DNA from: a virus
Length of the DNA: 64,000 bases
IMG/VR virus record: IMGVR_UViG_3300025093_000018
Location: 1-64,000 of that record
Reading direction: 5' to 3' (one strand)
The translations under genes were made by a program, and so were the position numbers. Below, in pieces: positions 1 to 10,447 of the stretch (position 1 is its first letter; every line of letters starts with the position of its first letter). The notes below the pieces were generated by a model. That model did no database searches. It was not told the DNA's origin and saw only the letters and a list, made by a program, of their open reading frames with translations.

Positions 1-1968
1 TTCATCTGTAGCTATTTTAGACATTGCTATATTATAATTATCTTTAGCTCCTTGGTCTAAATCATCTACAGTATGCATAGTCTTTCTTATTGGATGATCT
101 TCATCCAATTCTGTACCATTAGCATTCATAATCTCCTCATCATTACCAATAACTTTTAAAATAGCAACAGCTTGAACATTTATACCTGAAACTTTCCCTT
201 TAGTTTCGTGGTAATAACCATTAGCTATATTATTCCAATAAAACATTTCTCGTTCGTGTATTTCTTGTTTAAGTTGTTTCATCGGTTCACTGTTAGGACT
301 TAAAGTAGCATTAGCTAATTCTTCTTTCTTTTGTTTAAGTACTGGGTCTTTTTGCATATCTTGATACATAGGATTTTCTGGTATCTGTATCATTTTACCA
401 TTTTTATCAACTGGTATATATGATATTACAACGTCTGAATTTTCATCTACTACAAGAGCATCAAGGCCTTTATAAGGTTTTCCTTTAGACCAAATACTGG
501 AATCTAACTCCATTGTAATGTTATTAACTAAAGTACCATCTAAAAATCTAGCCTTTTTCCATAAAAACATTTTTTCTAGATCTCGTTGTTTAGATATTGG
601 TTTTTGAAAATCAATAGATTCTTTAGCTCTATCATCAACATGCCCCTCTAACCTTGTGGTAAAATCAAACTTCTCCTTAGGTTTAAATGCATTATCATCA
701 TCACCAGTATAAATAAAATTAGTTCCTTCTGGATCTATATCATATGTAAAAGACACCCTACGAGTCATACCTAATACAGCATCTAACGATTCTGGTAAAG
801 CTTTATGAGGGCCTTCTCCAGTTCTAGCGGCTTTCTCCTCTTCTGTTTCTTCTAAGTCTCGTACTTTAACAGTAAGCCCCTCAGTTTGAAGTCGTTTAGC
901 TGCTTCTAGCTTTAATCGATTAATAACTATCTGAGACGCTTGAACATCTGCAGCAGCATATGCATTATTTATTATCTTCTTTGCCTGCTCTTTATCAGCC
1001 ATTCTTGCCTCTTTATAAGCATCTTCTATAATTTTCGCAACAGAACTTTCCTGATAAGCATCAGCTACTAAAGTATTAAACCCTGGTGAACTAGCTAACC
1101 TATCCGGTAATGTTTCAAGCGCACTATTTAATTGGTTAATATTAGACTTAGCATCTTCTCTATCTGTTTTTTCCGTATAAAAAGTCGCCCCATCAAATGT
1201 TACATTTTTATAAGTTTCTTTAGCTGAATCGGCAGTATATCCAATATCAGTAAATACCGGGTCTATTAATTCCTTATAAGCATCTTTAGTAGATATACCG
1301 CTAGCTAATGTATTTGTAAAATCACCATTTACAATCATACTGCCTTTAGTATTATCAATATTAATAATCTCATCAAGACTATTTTCTCTAAGCTGTAATC
1401 CTTTTTTATATTTTACAGGTCTATAAATTTTACTACCGTCTTTATCAGTAGCGTGTATACTAGCTGCTTGGATATACTCGGTTTTACCAGTCTTATTATT
1501 TATAGCAACACCAACACCATTCTGCATTACCCACTGGTCACCATATCCCCCATCTTTAATTCTTTGTGACGCATCATCATGAGCTGCTTTTTCCTGAGCT
1601 AAATGATCTAATTCCGTACTATATAATTGATTTAATTTACTATTAAGATCAAGAAATTCTGGGTTCGATTGGTAATTAGGGTCTGTAGTCATTACAAGGT
1701 TTAGTCTATCTTCTAAATCTCTAGCTTTAGCCATATAAGCCTGCTTATCTACCTGTAGTCCTTTAATATCTTTATAAGGATTTGGTAACTCAACTTTTGA
1801 GTCTCCCTTACCTGAGGCTTTAGTTTTTGGTTTGTGTTTATCTAACATTACCCCAATATCAGCAGCTGTAGACTCTTGTCTTAGTTGTACTTTGTATGGG
1901 TAATAGTGTGTTACAGATCCACCGGCCTGGTGTTTCTTTATTGGTTGTTTTTTCCTGAAAAGTATCAT
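1..1968 (-). CDS. Large putative virion cargo/ejection protein, runs off the left edge (not in ORF track)
   Basis: ATG at 1968 reads MILFRKKQPIKKHQAGGSVTHYY...; no stops in the segments checked near both ends; N-terminal KHQAGG motif shared with other cargo-like proteins; position matches crAss-like ejection genes. Confidence 0.7.
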   Translation of the reverse strand, partial: MILFRKKQPIKKHQAGGSVTHYYPYKVQLRQESTAADIGVMLDKHKPKTKASGKGDSKVELPNPYKDIKGLQVDKQAYMAKARDLEDRLNLVMTTDPNYQSNPEFLDLNSKLNQLYSTELDHLAQEKAAHDDASQRIKDGGYGDQWVMQNGVGVAINNKTGKTEYIQAASIHATDKDGSKIYRPVKYKKGLQLRENSLDEIINIDNTKGSMIVNGDFTNTLASGISTKDAYKELIDPVFTDIGYTADSAKETYKNVTFDGATFYTEKTDREDAKSNINQLNSALETLPDRLASSPGFNTLVADAYQESSVAKIIEDAYKEARMADKEQAKKIINNAYAAADVQASQIVINRLKLEAAKRLQTEGLTVKVRDLEETEEEKAARTGEGPHKALPESLDAVLGMTRRVSFTYDIDPEGTNFIYTGDDDNAFKPKEKFDFTTRLEGHVDDRAKESIDFQKPISKQRDLEKMFLWKKARFLDGTLVNNITMELDSSIWSKGKPYKGLDALVVDENSDVVISYIPVDKNGKMIQIPENPMYQDMQKDPVLKQKKEELANATLSPNSEPMKQLKQEIHEREMFYWNNIANGYYHETKGKVSGINVQAVAILKVIGNDEEIMNANGTELDEDHPIRKTMHTVDDLDQGAKDNYNIAMSKIATDE

Positions 1969-2031
1969 AAATACATTGTTTATGTCTGTTAATATACTAA
2001 AAATAGTCTAATATATTAAGGTTATAATAGT

Positions 2032-2063
2032 AAAAAAGCCTTGATTTTTATACCAAGGCTCTT
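2032..2063 (-). terminator. Intrinsic terminator
   Basis: Minus strand AGCCTTGG...TCAAGGCT followed by T-run, downstream of the 744-aa gene. Confidence 0.7.
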
Positions 2064-2101
2064 CGTCATATATTAAGTCTCTCCTACTTGAGAGTTATTT
2101 T

Positions 2102-4336
2102 TTATTTATTTTCATCTACTTCACGAGCTCCGTAGTTAAGATTTAAAAGTGAGTCCCCTTTACTAAACACATCATGCTTATACATAGTTTCTTCCATATC
2201 TGTCTCACCTAAAAGTCCTAGTTTCTCAGCATACTTAGATCTGTTCTCATATAATTCTTTATTAGACTCTTTAAAGGCTTTATCATAATCATTAACCTTT
2301 TGTTGTCTCTCTGCCTCACTTAAGTTTTTATCTAACCCAGTTACATACTTTTGTCTATCTAGTCTATGTGTACCTTCAGCATAACGAAGTGTTCTTTCGT
2401 TATCATCGTATTGTTTAAGAGCTAAGTTATATTCTCTATCTTTATTTTCTTTCCAAATAGCCGCTCTAGCAGTATTTCTTTGTTTAGCATTAGCATTCCA
2501 TCTACCTTGTATAGTATTAAATACAGCACCTAAATTAGAAGCCCATTGAGCTTCTCTAGCGACTTCATTTGCAGCATCCTTAACTTTCCCCTCAGTAACA
2601 CGTAATTCGTTCGCATTCTTCACTCTATTAGCCTCTACTAAGTCATCTGAGATTTGCTGTCTCTTCTCTTCTGACTCTCTAGCAAATCTTTCCTCTTCAG
2701 CGCGTAAATGTTCAGCCTCTTTAACAGCCCAGTCCATTCTAGCATCCCTTTTAGCTTCACTGATTTTCATACCAGTAATCATCTGCATAATAGGATCAGA
2801 ACCTTGATATCCGGAACCACCTATCTTAGCTATATCTTTTTGTACCCTACTTCTTATAGAAGGGTCGATACCAGAAATAGATCTAACAGTTCTAGAACCT
2901 CTTCCTTGGTAATCTTCCTGATATACAGGTGTTACAGCTACTGGTCTATCATAAGCCTTTTTAGCTAACCATAACTGCGCTATATCATTAAATTGAATAG
3001 GACCTAATGGTGTATTAAATCCAGTCCTAGAAACTATAGGTGCCATTCCTTCTCTAACTACACCAGTATTTTTATGTCCTCTAGCTTTTTGAACTAAATC
3101 CTCCTCTAAATCAGCGCTAGCATAATCATCTATAACAGATGAATATTGTGTGGCTTGATTCTGCCCAAAACTATGATCAACATTCCTACCGAATTTATTT
3201 ATAGATTCTGTTCTAGGTAATAAGTATCCTGTAGGAGTTCCGTATTTACTAACATCCTTCTGTGACGGCGTTGTGTAATCCCCTTCCGTATCTTTAGATC
3301 TTTCTGGAATATAGTCCTGATAATCAACATCATCCCCGGGTGTGCCATAATTAGCTACATTAATAGGGTTAGTAGTTTCTTGTATATAATTACTAGGATC
3401 TGAACCAGGTGTTTTATAAGTATTAATATTTAAAATATCACCAATACTTTTATATTGCCCAGCATTTTGTACTGGAACACCTTGATATGGCGCTGCATTA
3501 TAAACAGGACTTCTATAACCTGAAGCGTCTTGTGCAGGTTGTACAGTAAATTTATTAGGATCTAGTGGTGTAGGAACTGTGTAAGAACTACCATCTACAT
3601 TAGGTCTACCATATGTACTACCATCTGTAGTAGGTGTTGTATATCTAGGGTCTAACATTACAGGAGGATTATAAGAACTCGGGTCAGTATTAGTCCCAGG
3701 ATCTTGGATAAGATCCAATATGTAGCTATCATTAAGTATACTACTACCTGATTGATATTTAGGAACTAACTTACCACCATTTTTAAATTTAGCAACATCA
3801 GTAACAGTATAACCAATTTCTCGTTTTTTCATACTTTCCTGTGCAGTTTTTAATGTTGGGTCTTTAAATACCTCATTTGCTACATTAGTATATTGATATA
3901 TCTTCTTATCAATGTACCTATTAATTTCTTTTCTATCCTCCTCGTTATACCTGTCCATACTAAGAGCCATACGTCTTTCACCGTTTAGGTAACGTACAGC
4001 AGCTTCAGCATAACCTTGTGCTTTATGTTTGATAGTATTATTAAAGTGTTTATCAAGCTTTCTATAATGATTCATCAATTTATCCATTGATTGATCCTTA
4101 TATTTCTCCCCCGGCTCCTTACCAGCTCTTCTGTTTTCAATTTCTTTCCCAAGATCTCCTAAAGTTTTATGTAATGATTTTAGATTTGTCTTATCTTCAT
4201 CATAATAAACAGATTTAGAAAATCCGCCCATAATAGATTTAACTTTAGGGTCTATATAAGAAAGCTCACTTTCAACGTAAGAAGCCGAAGACCCGACCGA
4301 ACCTCCAGTTTGATATTTCTTTAAATAATCTAACAT
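2102..4336 (-). CDS. Putative virion cargo/ejection protein
   Basis: 744 aa; KYQTGG and KFKNGG motifs, P/T/Y-rich disordered middle, helical coiled-coil C-terminus. Confidence 0.55.
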   Translation of the reverse strand: MLDYLKKYQTGGSVGSSASYVESELSYIDPKVKSIMGGFSKSVYYDEDKTNLKSLHKTLGDLGKEIENRRAGKEPGEKYKDQSMDKLMNHYRKLDKHFNNTIKHKAQGYAEAAVRYLNGERRMALSMDRYNEEDRKEINRYIDKKIYQYTNVANEVFKDPTLKTAQESMKKREIGYTVTDVAKFKNGGKLVPKYQSGSSILNDSYILDLIQDPGTNTDPSSYNPPVMLDPRYTTPTTDGSTYGRPNVDGSSYTVPTPLDPNKFTVQPAQDASGYRSPVYNAAPYQGVPVQNAGQYKSIGDILNINTYKTPGSDPSNYIQETTNPINVANYGTPGDDVDYQDYIPERSKDTEGDYTTPSQKDVSKYGTPTGYLLPRTESINKFGRNVDHSFGQNQATQYSSVIDDYASADLEEDLVQKARGHKNTGVVREGMAPIVSRTGFNTPLGPIQFNDIAQLWLAKKAYDRPVAVTPVYQEDYQGRGSRTVRSISGIDPSIRSRVQKDIAKIGGSGYQGSDPIMQMITGMKISEAKRDARMDWAVKEAEHLRAEEERFARESEEKRQQISDDLVEANRVKNANELRVTEGKVKDAANEVAREAQWASNLGAVFNTIQGRWNANAKQRNTARAAIWKENKDREYNLALKQYDDNERTLRYAEGTHRLDRQKYVTGLDKNLSEAERQQKVNDYDKAFKESNKELYENRSKYAEKLGLLGETDMEETMYKHDVFSKGDSLLNLNYGAREVDENK

Positions 4337-4348
4337 GTAAGTGTTATC

Positions 4349-4639
4349 TTACAGTTTTCCGCCTAATTTAAACTTAGGAGCACCAGACATACGCATACCG
4401 TTTCTAGCCATAGGAGCAGCACCTTCAGGAGCAGGAGCACCTTGAGCAGCGCCTAACATAGCTACTAAAGTATCACAAATAGCCATAGCTAATTCTGGGT
4501 TAGGGTTTGCAGCATACTCTTGTAGCATACCTTCTACATCTGGTCCTTGAGGAGCAGCTGCAGGAGCAGCACCTGGTACAGGCCCACCAGCTTGGTGTTT
4601 AGTTACGTTTTCGCCGTAAGTGTTTAAATAATCTTTCAT
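4349..4639 (-). CDS. Small Ala/Pro-rich putative internal virion protein
   Basis: 96 aa; KHQAGG near the N-terminus and KFKLGG at the C-terminus. Confidence 0.5.
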   Translation of the reverse strand: MKDYLNTYGENVTKHQAGGPVPGAAPAAAPQGPDVEGMLQEYAANPNPELAMAICDTLVAMLGAAQGAPAPEGAAPMARNGMRMSGAPKFKLGGKL

Positions 4640-4709
4640 TTGATTTTTGTTTTATGTAATGATTATATTATGTATTTATATTAAAATTATTTCAAATTCG
4701 TATGGGTAA

Positions 4710-5336
4710 TTACTTGAATATAGAGCGTTTTACTCTTATCCAATAAATAGGTTCAGATCCTGAGACCAGAGGTTTTTCTATTGAAGTACCTATAATAGTT
4801 CTTTGCTTAATAGTCAAATCCAGATCTAAACTAACAGATTTTAAATCCCATTGATAAAGTCCTAAACCAGCTCCAGCGTATAACCCAAATGTTCTTTTCT
4901 TTACTACAGTAGTTTGTTTTTCCGTGTATTTAATCTGTAGATTGTCTAATTTAGGAAATAGATATCCTTCTGTAGAGTCTTTTTGTATAGATAGATCACC
5001 AGTAATTGATAAACTATCTCCAGTAGAAGATAAACTATCAGTTTCATATTTAAACTCTCTATCTACTGTTGGTACCTCAGCCTCTATTTGTTTCTCTATA
5101 TATGTTGTATCACCTGTAATAGAATCAATAACCGGAATATAAATTTTAACTGGAACTTCAATATATTCTTTAGGCCCTTCTTTGTATACAATTTTTTCTA
5201 CTGGAACTTCTACTATCTTTTCAATATATTCTACCTTTGGTTCAGATATATCACCATTACCACACCCTTTAAATGATGTAGCAATAACAGCCCCCAAAAC
5301 TAGTCCAATCACTAATATGATCCAATTGTTTTTCAC
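4710..5336 (-). CDS. Membrane-anchored lysis accessory protein (spanin-like)
   Basis: N-terminal TM/lipobox-like FKGC, VEVPVE stalk, C-terminal amphipathic beta strands; directly follows the endolysin. Confidence 0.5.
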   Translation of the reverse strand: MKNNWIILVIGLVLGAVIATSFKGCGNGDISEPKVEYIEKIVEVPVEKIVYKEGPKEYIEVPVKIYIPVIDSITGDTTYIEKQIEAEVPTVDREFKYETDSLSSTGDSLSITGDLSIQKDSTEGYLFPKLDNLQIKYTEKQTTVVKKRTFGLYAGAGLGLYQWDLKSVSLDLDLTIKQRTIIGTSIEKPLVSGSEPIYWIRVKRSIFK

Positions 5337-5920
5337 TCGAAGTCTGATTTGTTAAATAAGGTGTAGGTGAAGGTGCTACCGTATAATCCTGTACTTTTTT
5401 CAAGTAAGGGTATAAATTCTTTTTCAAACCTAGGTTTACTCTTAATAACCTGACACCCGGCCGAATTTTTTCCAATATATTTTGCACTCCAAGCATGGTG
5501 TATATTAGTATAAAAAATCCCTTCTTCAATGGTAGATGGGTCTAAATCGTGGTTTGTATCCTTATTATTATCTCTATATACTGGTATAGCTTTAAATTGT
5601 CTACCAGCTTTATATCTTTTCCTTCCGTGAGGACCTATTTTAAAGGCTCCTCTGTATTGACCTTCTACCATGATTGCACACCCAGTTTTTCTCATTGGAT
5701 TCTTTAACCAATGTGACCCTGGATCTGTAGTCGCCTCAAACGAAACTACTTGAAAACATCCGTCATTATTATAGTATGCAACACATATATAATCATCAAA
5801 TAAATTGGTATTTGTTTGCATTCTAATACCAAATACATTAATAGAGTAAGGGGCAGTAAAAAACTTATACCCCTTACAATCAAATGCTTTCTTTATATTT
5901 TCTTCTGATAAATCTATCAT
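5333..5920 (-). CDS. Putative endolysin, L,D-transpeptidase-like His/Cys fold
   Basis: GIR...FDD...TTDPG...GQY...NIH...SAGCQV motif set; lies between holin-like and spanin-like genes. Confidence 0.65.
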   Translation of the reverse strand: MIDLSEENIKKAFDCKGYKFFTAPYSINVFGIRMQTNTNLFDDYICVAYYNNDGCFQVVSFEATTDPGSHWLKNPMRKTGCAIMVEGQYRGAFKIGPHGRKRYKAGRQFKAIPVYRDNNKDTNHDLDPSTIEEGIFYTNIHHAWSAKYIGKNSAGCQVIKSKPRFEKEFIPLLEKSTGLYGSTFTYTLFNKSDFE

Positions 5921-6189
5921 TATCCTATATCTTCTGGATCAAATTCTCTTTTTTCTTCACTTGCTTCTTCACCTTTTTCTTCACTTGCTTCAGCTTCTTC
6001 ACTTTCTTTTTTCTTTAACGAAGCCACTTGATAAGCTTTAATTTGTGGTTCAGTCTGTTCAAGTATAGCATTAATCGTACCACTAGCAGTTTTATAAGGT
6101 AATTCACTTAAAGCTTCTAATGCTATATTAATTATTACTACTGGTAACTTTAATGTAACTTGAATATTGTCTAATTCTTCTTGTGTCAT
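5920..6189 (-). CDS. Hypothetical protein
   Basis: 89 aa ORF coupled to the endolysin; acidic C-terminus. Confidence 0.6.
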   Translation of the reverse strand: MTQEELDNIQVTLKLPVVIINIALEALSELPYKTASGTINAILEQTEPQIKAYQVASLKKKESEEAEASEEKGEEASEEKREFDPEDIG

Positions 6190-6260
6190 ATTTACATATT
6201 TATTAATTTATAATCACTAATAATATAATGTTAATTTATTAATTCTTAAAGGTACTAGGA

Positions 6261-6515
6261 TTAAATTTGTTGGTCTTTTGGCATACCAAGTAATCCAGCT
6301 CCTATTGTAAGGATACCTAATATTAATGGAGTATCTAAAGTGAACCAATGCATTCCGTTTAATAATGCGGCTATAACCCCAGTAAATATAAGGGCAAGAC
6401 CACCAAGCCTTTTAGAAGAAGGTTTACCATTTTTATCAATAAAAAACTTATTATCAGATAATCTAGGTAAAATATATTTATTTAGAAATCTTTTAAATTT
6501 ACTCATTAGTGACAT
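6261..6515 (-). CDS. Holin-like two-TM protein
   Basis: SSKR followed by two hydrophobic helices. Confidence 0.55.
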   Translation of the reverse strand: MSLMSKFKRFLNKYILPRLSDNKFFIDKNGKPSSKRLGGLALIFTGVIAALLNGMHWFTLDTPLILGILTIGAGLLGMPKDQQI

Positions 6516-6889
6516 TCATATGCTCTGCCTTGGAAATCATAATAATATGCTCCTAAGGCTGGATTATAATAAGCACGGTATAATCTAAGATCCATACCAG
6601 CTCTGTAAAATAATTCGTTTGTTTCTGTGTTCTTTCTGAGGCCGATAGCTTTAGTTTTTGATTTTAATTCTTTCCAGGATTCTAATTCAGTAACTCTCCT
6701 CTCAAAATCGGGGATAATTTTTGTTCTTGCAGAATCAGCAAAATGAATAGTTTCCATAATTTCGGTAATCTCTTTATGATATACCTTCTCAATTACGTAT
6801 CCACCAGCCCCTGTAAGAAACCCCCAAATAGTAACTATAGCTCCAATATAACCAGCAATCTTTAATAAGTTTTTACCAAAATCATTCAT
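6506..6889 (-). CDS. Single-TM membrane protein of the lysis region
   Basis: N-terminal TM then coiled coil. Confidence 0.5.
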   Translation of the reverse strand: MNDFGKNLLKIAGYIGAIVTIWGFLTGAGGYVIEKVYHKEITEIMETIHFADSARTKIIPDFERRVTELESWKELKSKTKAIGLRKNTETNELFYRAGMDLRLYRAYYNPALGAYYYDFQGRAYECH

Positions 6890-6891
6890 AA

Positions 6892-7431
6892 TTAATCTCT
6901 TTCAACGTCTAAGTCAAACCATTTATTTATCTGTCTCTTAATTACAATTAATAATTTATTAGCTTCCATTAGTCCCATCCTACTAAAATTCTCAATAACA
7001 CTAATAATTAATTGTACTAATATCATATTTAATATTACATAATAAAACCACTCATAAATATTAACTCCGTACCCAAATATTTCTGGAATAGTTAATTGAG
7101 TTTTAAATATATGTATGATACCTAAAGTTATAGTATAAGCAGCGATTTTAACGATCATACGACCAAACTTTCTACTTTGTATCTTCTTTCCTTGTTTTAA
7201 ACTAGCTTTTAAACCAGTAAAAAACTCAAGACCTATTAATAATATAAATGCCAAATATGCCATTGGAGTTAATCCTATAAAAGTTTCTATCACGGTTGCT
7301 ACGGTACCCAACACAACTCCTATTTTAGCTATTTTAGTAAATCCTATGCACATATGCATAAGACTTTGACCTAAATCTTGAAGGCTTTCAAACCCAAATC
7401 CTTTTAAGGTGTGTAGTAATAATTTGGACAT
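6892..7431 (-). CDS. Holin (phage holin 4-like)
   Basis: 3-4 TMs, FFTGLKAS...IQSRKFGRMIVK...SVIENF pattern. Confidence 0.7.
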   Translation of the reverse strand: MSKLLLHTLKGFGFESLQDLGQSLMHMCIGFTKIAKIGVVLGTVATVIETFIGLTPMAYLAFILLIGLEFFTGLKASLKQGKKIQSRKFGRMIVKIAAYTITLGIIHIFKTQLTIPEIFGYGVNIYEWFYYVILNMILVQLIISVIENFSRMGLMEANKLLIVIKRQINKWFDLDVERD

Positions 7432-7508
7432 TAGTTAAATCTTTTTTCTAATTAGTTATTTATTCTCTTATTAGTACTTATTATTTTCTATTTTTAGTAG
7501 TGTTTTAA

Positions 7509-9659
7509 TTATAAACCTGAATTTTTAATAGCCACTGCTTCAGAAACTGCTGTTGCTTGATCTACATAAGCTGAATAAAACACCCCTTTTATTTTTCCTG
7601 TTCCATATAACGGTGAACTATCTAATACTGCCCCTATTGAAATAATGTCGTTTGTTGTACTGTCGTTAAACCAATCATCAGTTAGAGTTGTTATGTCGTA
7701 ATCCGTTACTTCAACACCATCCCAATAAAATTTCATTTGAACTCCATCTTGAACTATTGAAAAAACGCCATAACCAGCATAATCATTTGTAGACCTCAAT
7801 GAAGGTGTACCTCCCCCTAAAGTATGAATAACCCTTAGTTGGTCGCTCCCTGATTGAAACAAAGCATCCCAATATTCGAGAGTTTGTGAACTATCGGCAC
7901 TACCAAACACTATTAAAGCATTTTCATTTTCTACAAAAAAGTGCATTACACCTGTAGAGTCACTACTCCTGAAATTAGCGTAGCTATTTGATAAATACTC
8001 TGGCCCAGCAGCATTGAAATGTAGATGGTCAGCATTCAACGTTGGTTGGTTTGCTGCTGCAGGGTTATTCATTGTAATTTCACCAGTTAAATCAAATCCA
8101 TATGTAGTGGTAGAAATCTCTTCTGTCCAGTTATATGTCCACCCATGTATAATAGGGTTTATTTGATTTAACTTACTCATAGATAGTTGAATATCCATTT
8201 GATATACTCTCATTATATCTTGATGCATTGCTATGACGTCAGCTTCAGATTGGGCAATACTATGATATCCAGATAAAAACCACTCCATATCCCCATAATT
8301 AACAGAACTTCTTATAGATTTACCTATAGTAATATTATCTGTATTTATAGTTAGATCATCAATCCATTGTCCGTTATTAATCCCATTAACATCAACATCT
8401 TGAAAAATTCCATTAATGCATACTTTGTATTCTGTGCCAGTAGATAATACAGTACATAAATATAACGGAAACTGTGTAGTGTTATCATTTGCTACATTTC
8501 TAATTCTGTTATCTCCAGCCCCACCAGTATTTACCCTTAGAATATTATTAGAACCAAAATTTGCAGCTCCGCCCCAATAACGGTTTGTTGTCCCATTATC
8601 TGCAGCAACTAGAGCCATTGTTACTTTTGTGGATTCTGGCTTTAATAACCAAGTAACCATTCCTTGCGAGTCTGACCCCCTCCAATCGCTAGTATGTTTT
8701 TCTACCCCAGTAGACAACCCATTAAAAGTTAATGATGGTAATCCACTAGCTGTAAGAGCTGAACTTGCATTATATGTTGGTTCTTCCCCTGATACACTAT
8801 ATAGATTGTGTTCTCCTGCGTAATCGTTAGCAGCAAAATAATCATCTGTTGCCACATCTCCCACTTCGCAATTAGTTGTATCAACAGTTATACTACTAAT
8901 CTCGTCATAGAATCTCCATTCATTAGCTATATCACTGTTATAGTTATCTGAAGCATTTGAGAATCTGTAGTAAGCAATTGCATTAGCAATAGAACTTTCA
9001 TCTTTAGGAACTCCATTATTATAAATATCTACGATTTGAGGGGCTGTTAATACTCTATTGATCAATAATACATCAGTCATTGAACCATCAAAAAATAAAT
9101 CATCGCCAGCAGAGTTATATTTTCTACAACCAAATCTTCCATTATCCAAACCTGTCATATCATTAAACCAATATTGAGGTTGTCCAGATGTTACATAGCT
9201 TTGTGGAACCGCTACCCCATTAACATAAAGTGTTGGAGTAACTCCATCCTGAACAATAGCAACATGGGTCCACAAATCAGCCACAAATACAGGATTATCT
9301 GTCTCTCTAAGAAATTTAGATGAACCTGCTTCTCGAGCCAACATCCTTAATGTGCCAGATGTATGCATATATAACATAAAATCTGTCTGAGCATCAGTGT
9401 CTCCAAAACAAATAATAACATTATTAGTTAATGGTGTTGGATCAGTAGGTTTAACCCAAACACTCCACGTACCAGTTGTAGTTGTTGCTAGAGGAGTTAA
9501 TACATTATCTGCAACAACAAGTTCATCTGTAGAAACTGTTAAAGCTTTATCTATAGTGTGAGTTTCTGTATTCTCAGCACTCCACATATTTGTAAATGAA
9601 AAGTCCTTGTACACACTACTTAAAGAAGGTGCCATTATATAAGGATTAACTACAAACAT
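7509..9659 (-). CDS. LamG/concanavalin-A domain tail fibre or receptor-binding protein
   Basis: TWSVWVKP...WTHVAIV...LYVNG...FDGSMTDV LamG signature; three lectin-like domains. Confidence 0.75.
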   Translation of the reverse strand: MFVVNPYIMAPSLSSVYKDFSFTNMWSAENTETHTIDKALTVSTDELVVADNVLTPLATTTTGTWSVWVKPTDPTPLTNNVIICFGDTDAQTDFMLYMHTSGTLRMLAREAGSSKFLRETDNPVFVADLWTHVAIVQDGVTPTLYVNGVAVPQSYVTSGQPQYWFNDMTGLDNGRFGCRKYNSAGDDLFFDGSMTDVLLINRVLTAPQIVDIYNNGVPKDESSIANAIAYYRFSNASDNYNSDIANEWRFYDEISSITVDTTNCEVGDVATDDYFAANDYAGEHNLYSVSGEEPTYNASSALTASGLPSLTFNGLSTGVEKHTSDWRGSDSQGMVTWLLKPESTKVTMALVAADNGTTNRYWGGAANFGSNNILRVNTGGAGDNRIRNVANDNTTQFPLYLCTVLSTGTEYKVCINGIFQDVDVNGINNGQWIDDLTINTDNITIGKSIRSSVNYGDMEWFLSGYHSIAQSEADVIAMHQDIMRVYQMDIQLSMSKLNQINPIIHGWTYNWTEEISTTTYGFDLTGEITMNNPAAANQPTLNADHLHFNAAGPEYLSNSYANFRSSDSTGVMHFFVENENALIVFGSADSSQTLEYWDALFQSGSDQLRVIHTLGGGTPSLRSTNDYAGYGVFSIVQDGVQMKFYWDGVEVTDYDITTLTDDWFNDSTTNDIISIGAVLDSSPLYGTGKIKGVFYSAYVDQATAVSEAVAIKNSGL

Positions 9660-9660
9660 A

Positions 9661-10068
9661 TTAATCTAATAATTTAATCTTAAGACCGGCCCCAGCGATC
9701 GTAGAGCCTACTTGTGTAACAAATACTTCTATTTTATCTCCTTGTACAAAAGCTATATCACCATCTAATACATAAGGTGTGGCAGCTGTTAGACTAGTAT
9801 TTTCACTAGCATCTATTGTAATAGGGGTACTAAATATAGTAGTTCCGTTCTTTTTAATATCGACTGAAATAGCAGCTCCGGTAGGGGCAGTAACAACACT
9901 TATCATTACACTATCTAAGGATATCGCATATGGTATATAATCAGTAAATACTGATGTAGACGCATCAGCTACTAGATCTGACGTTTCATCAGACCCGGCA
10001 AAGAAATAATGATTCTTTACATTATCTTTTCTTAATCTATTTAATATGGGATCAAATATAATAGCCAT
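9661..10068 (-). CDS. Tail fibre-associated protein
   Basis: VDIKKNGTTIFST...QVGSTIAGAGLK beta-sandwich typical of phage fibre tips/adaptors. Confidence 0.55.
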   Translation of the reverse strand: MAIIFDPILNRLRKDNVKNHYFFAGSDETSDLVADASTSVFTDYIPYAISLDSVMISVVTAPTGAAISVDIKKNGTTIFSTPITIDASENTSLTAATPYVLDGDIAFVQGDKIEVFVTQVGSTIAGAGLKIKLLD

Positions 10069-10071
10069 TTA

Positions 10072-10362
10072 TTATCCGTATGATAATGTTCCTAATAATG
10101 CAATAGTACCGGCAGAGTCTGTCTTTATATTTCTATCAGAGTCAGCTAATCTAGCTGCTTCTGTTAAAAACCCCGCGTCAAAATAAGTCTGACTTGCACT
10201 AGGTTCGGTTACTCGAGAAATCGGATATCCAGAAACACCATTAATTGCTCTGGCTCCATATATTACATAAGTAATAGTACCATTAACATGTATTGATAAT
10301 GGTGGTGTATTCGATTCTCTTAAAATATCTATTAATTCGTCTAATTGTAATTCTCGTCCCAT
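10072..10362 (-). CDS. Hypothetical tail-module protein
   Basis: 96 aa ORF in tail cluster. Confidence 0.5.
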   Translation of the reverse strand: MGRELQLDELIDILRESNTPPLSIHVNGTITYVIYGARAINGVSGYPISRVTEPSASQTYFDAGFLTEAARLADSDRNIKTDSAGTIALLGTLSYG

Positions 10363-10447
10363 ATTGATTACGTTTATTTATATACTATCAATGAATATAC
10401 AAAATTTATATTAATTTTTTAAAGTTAAAGTTTTATAGTGAAGAATA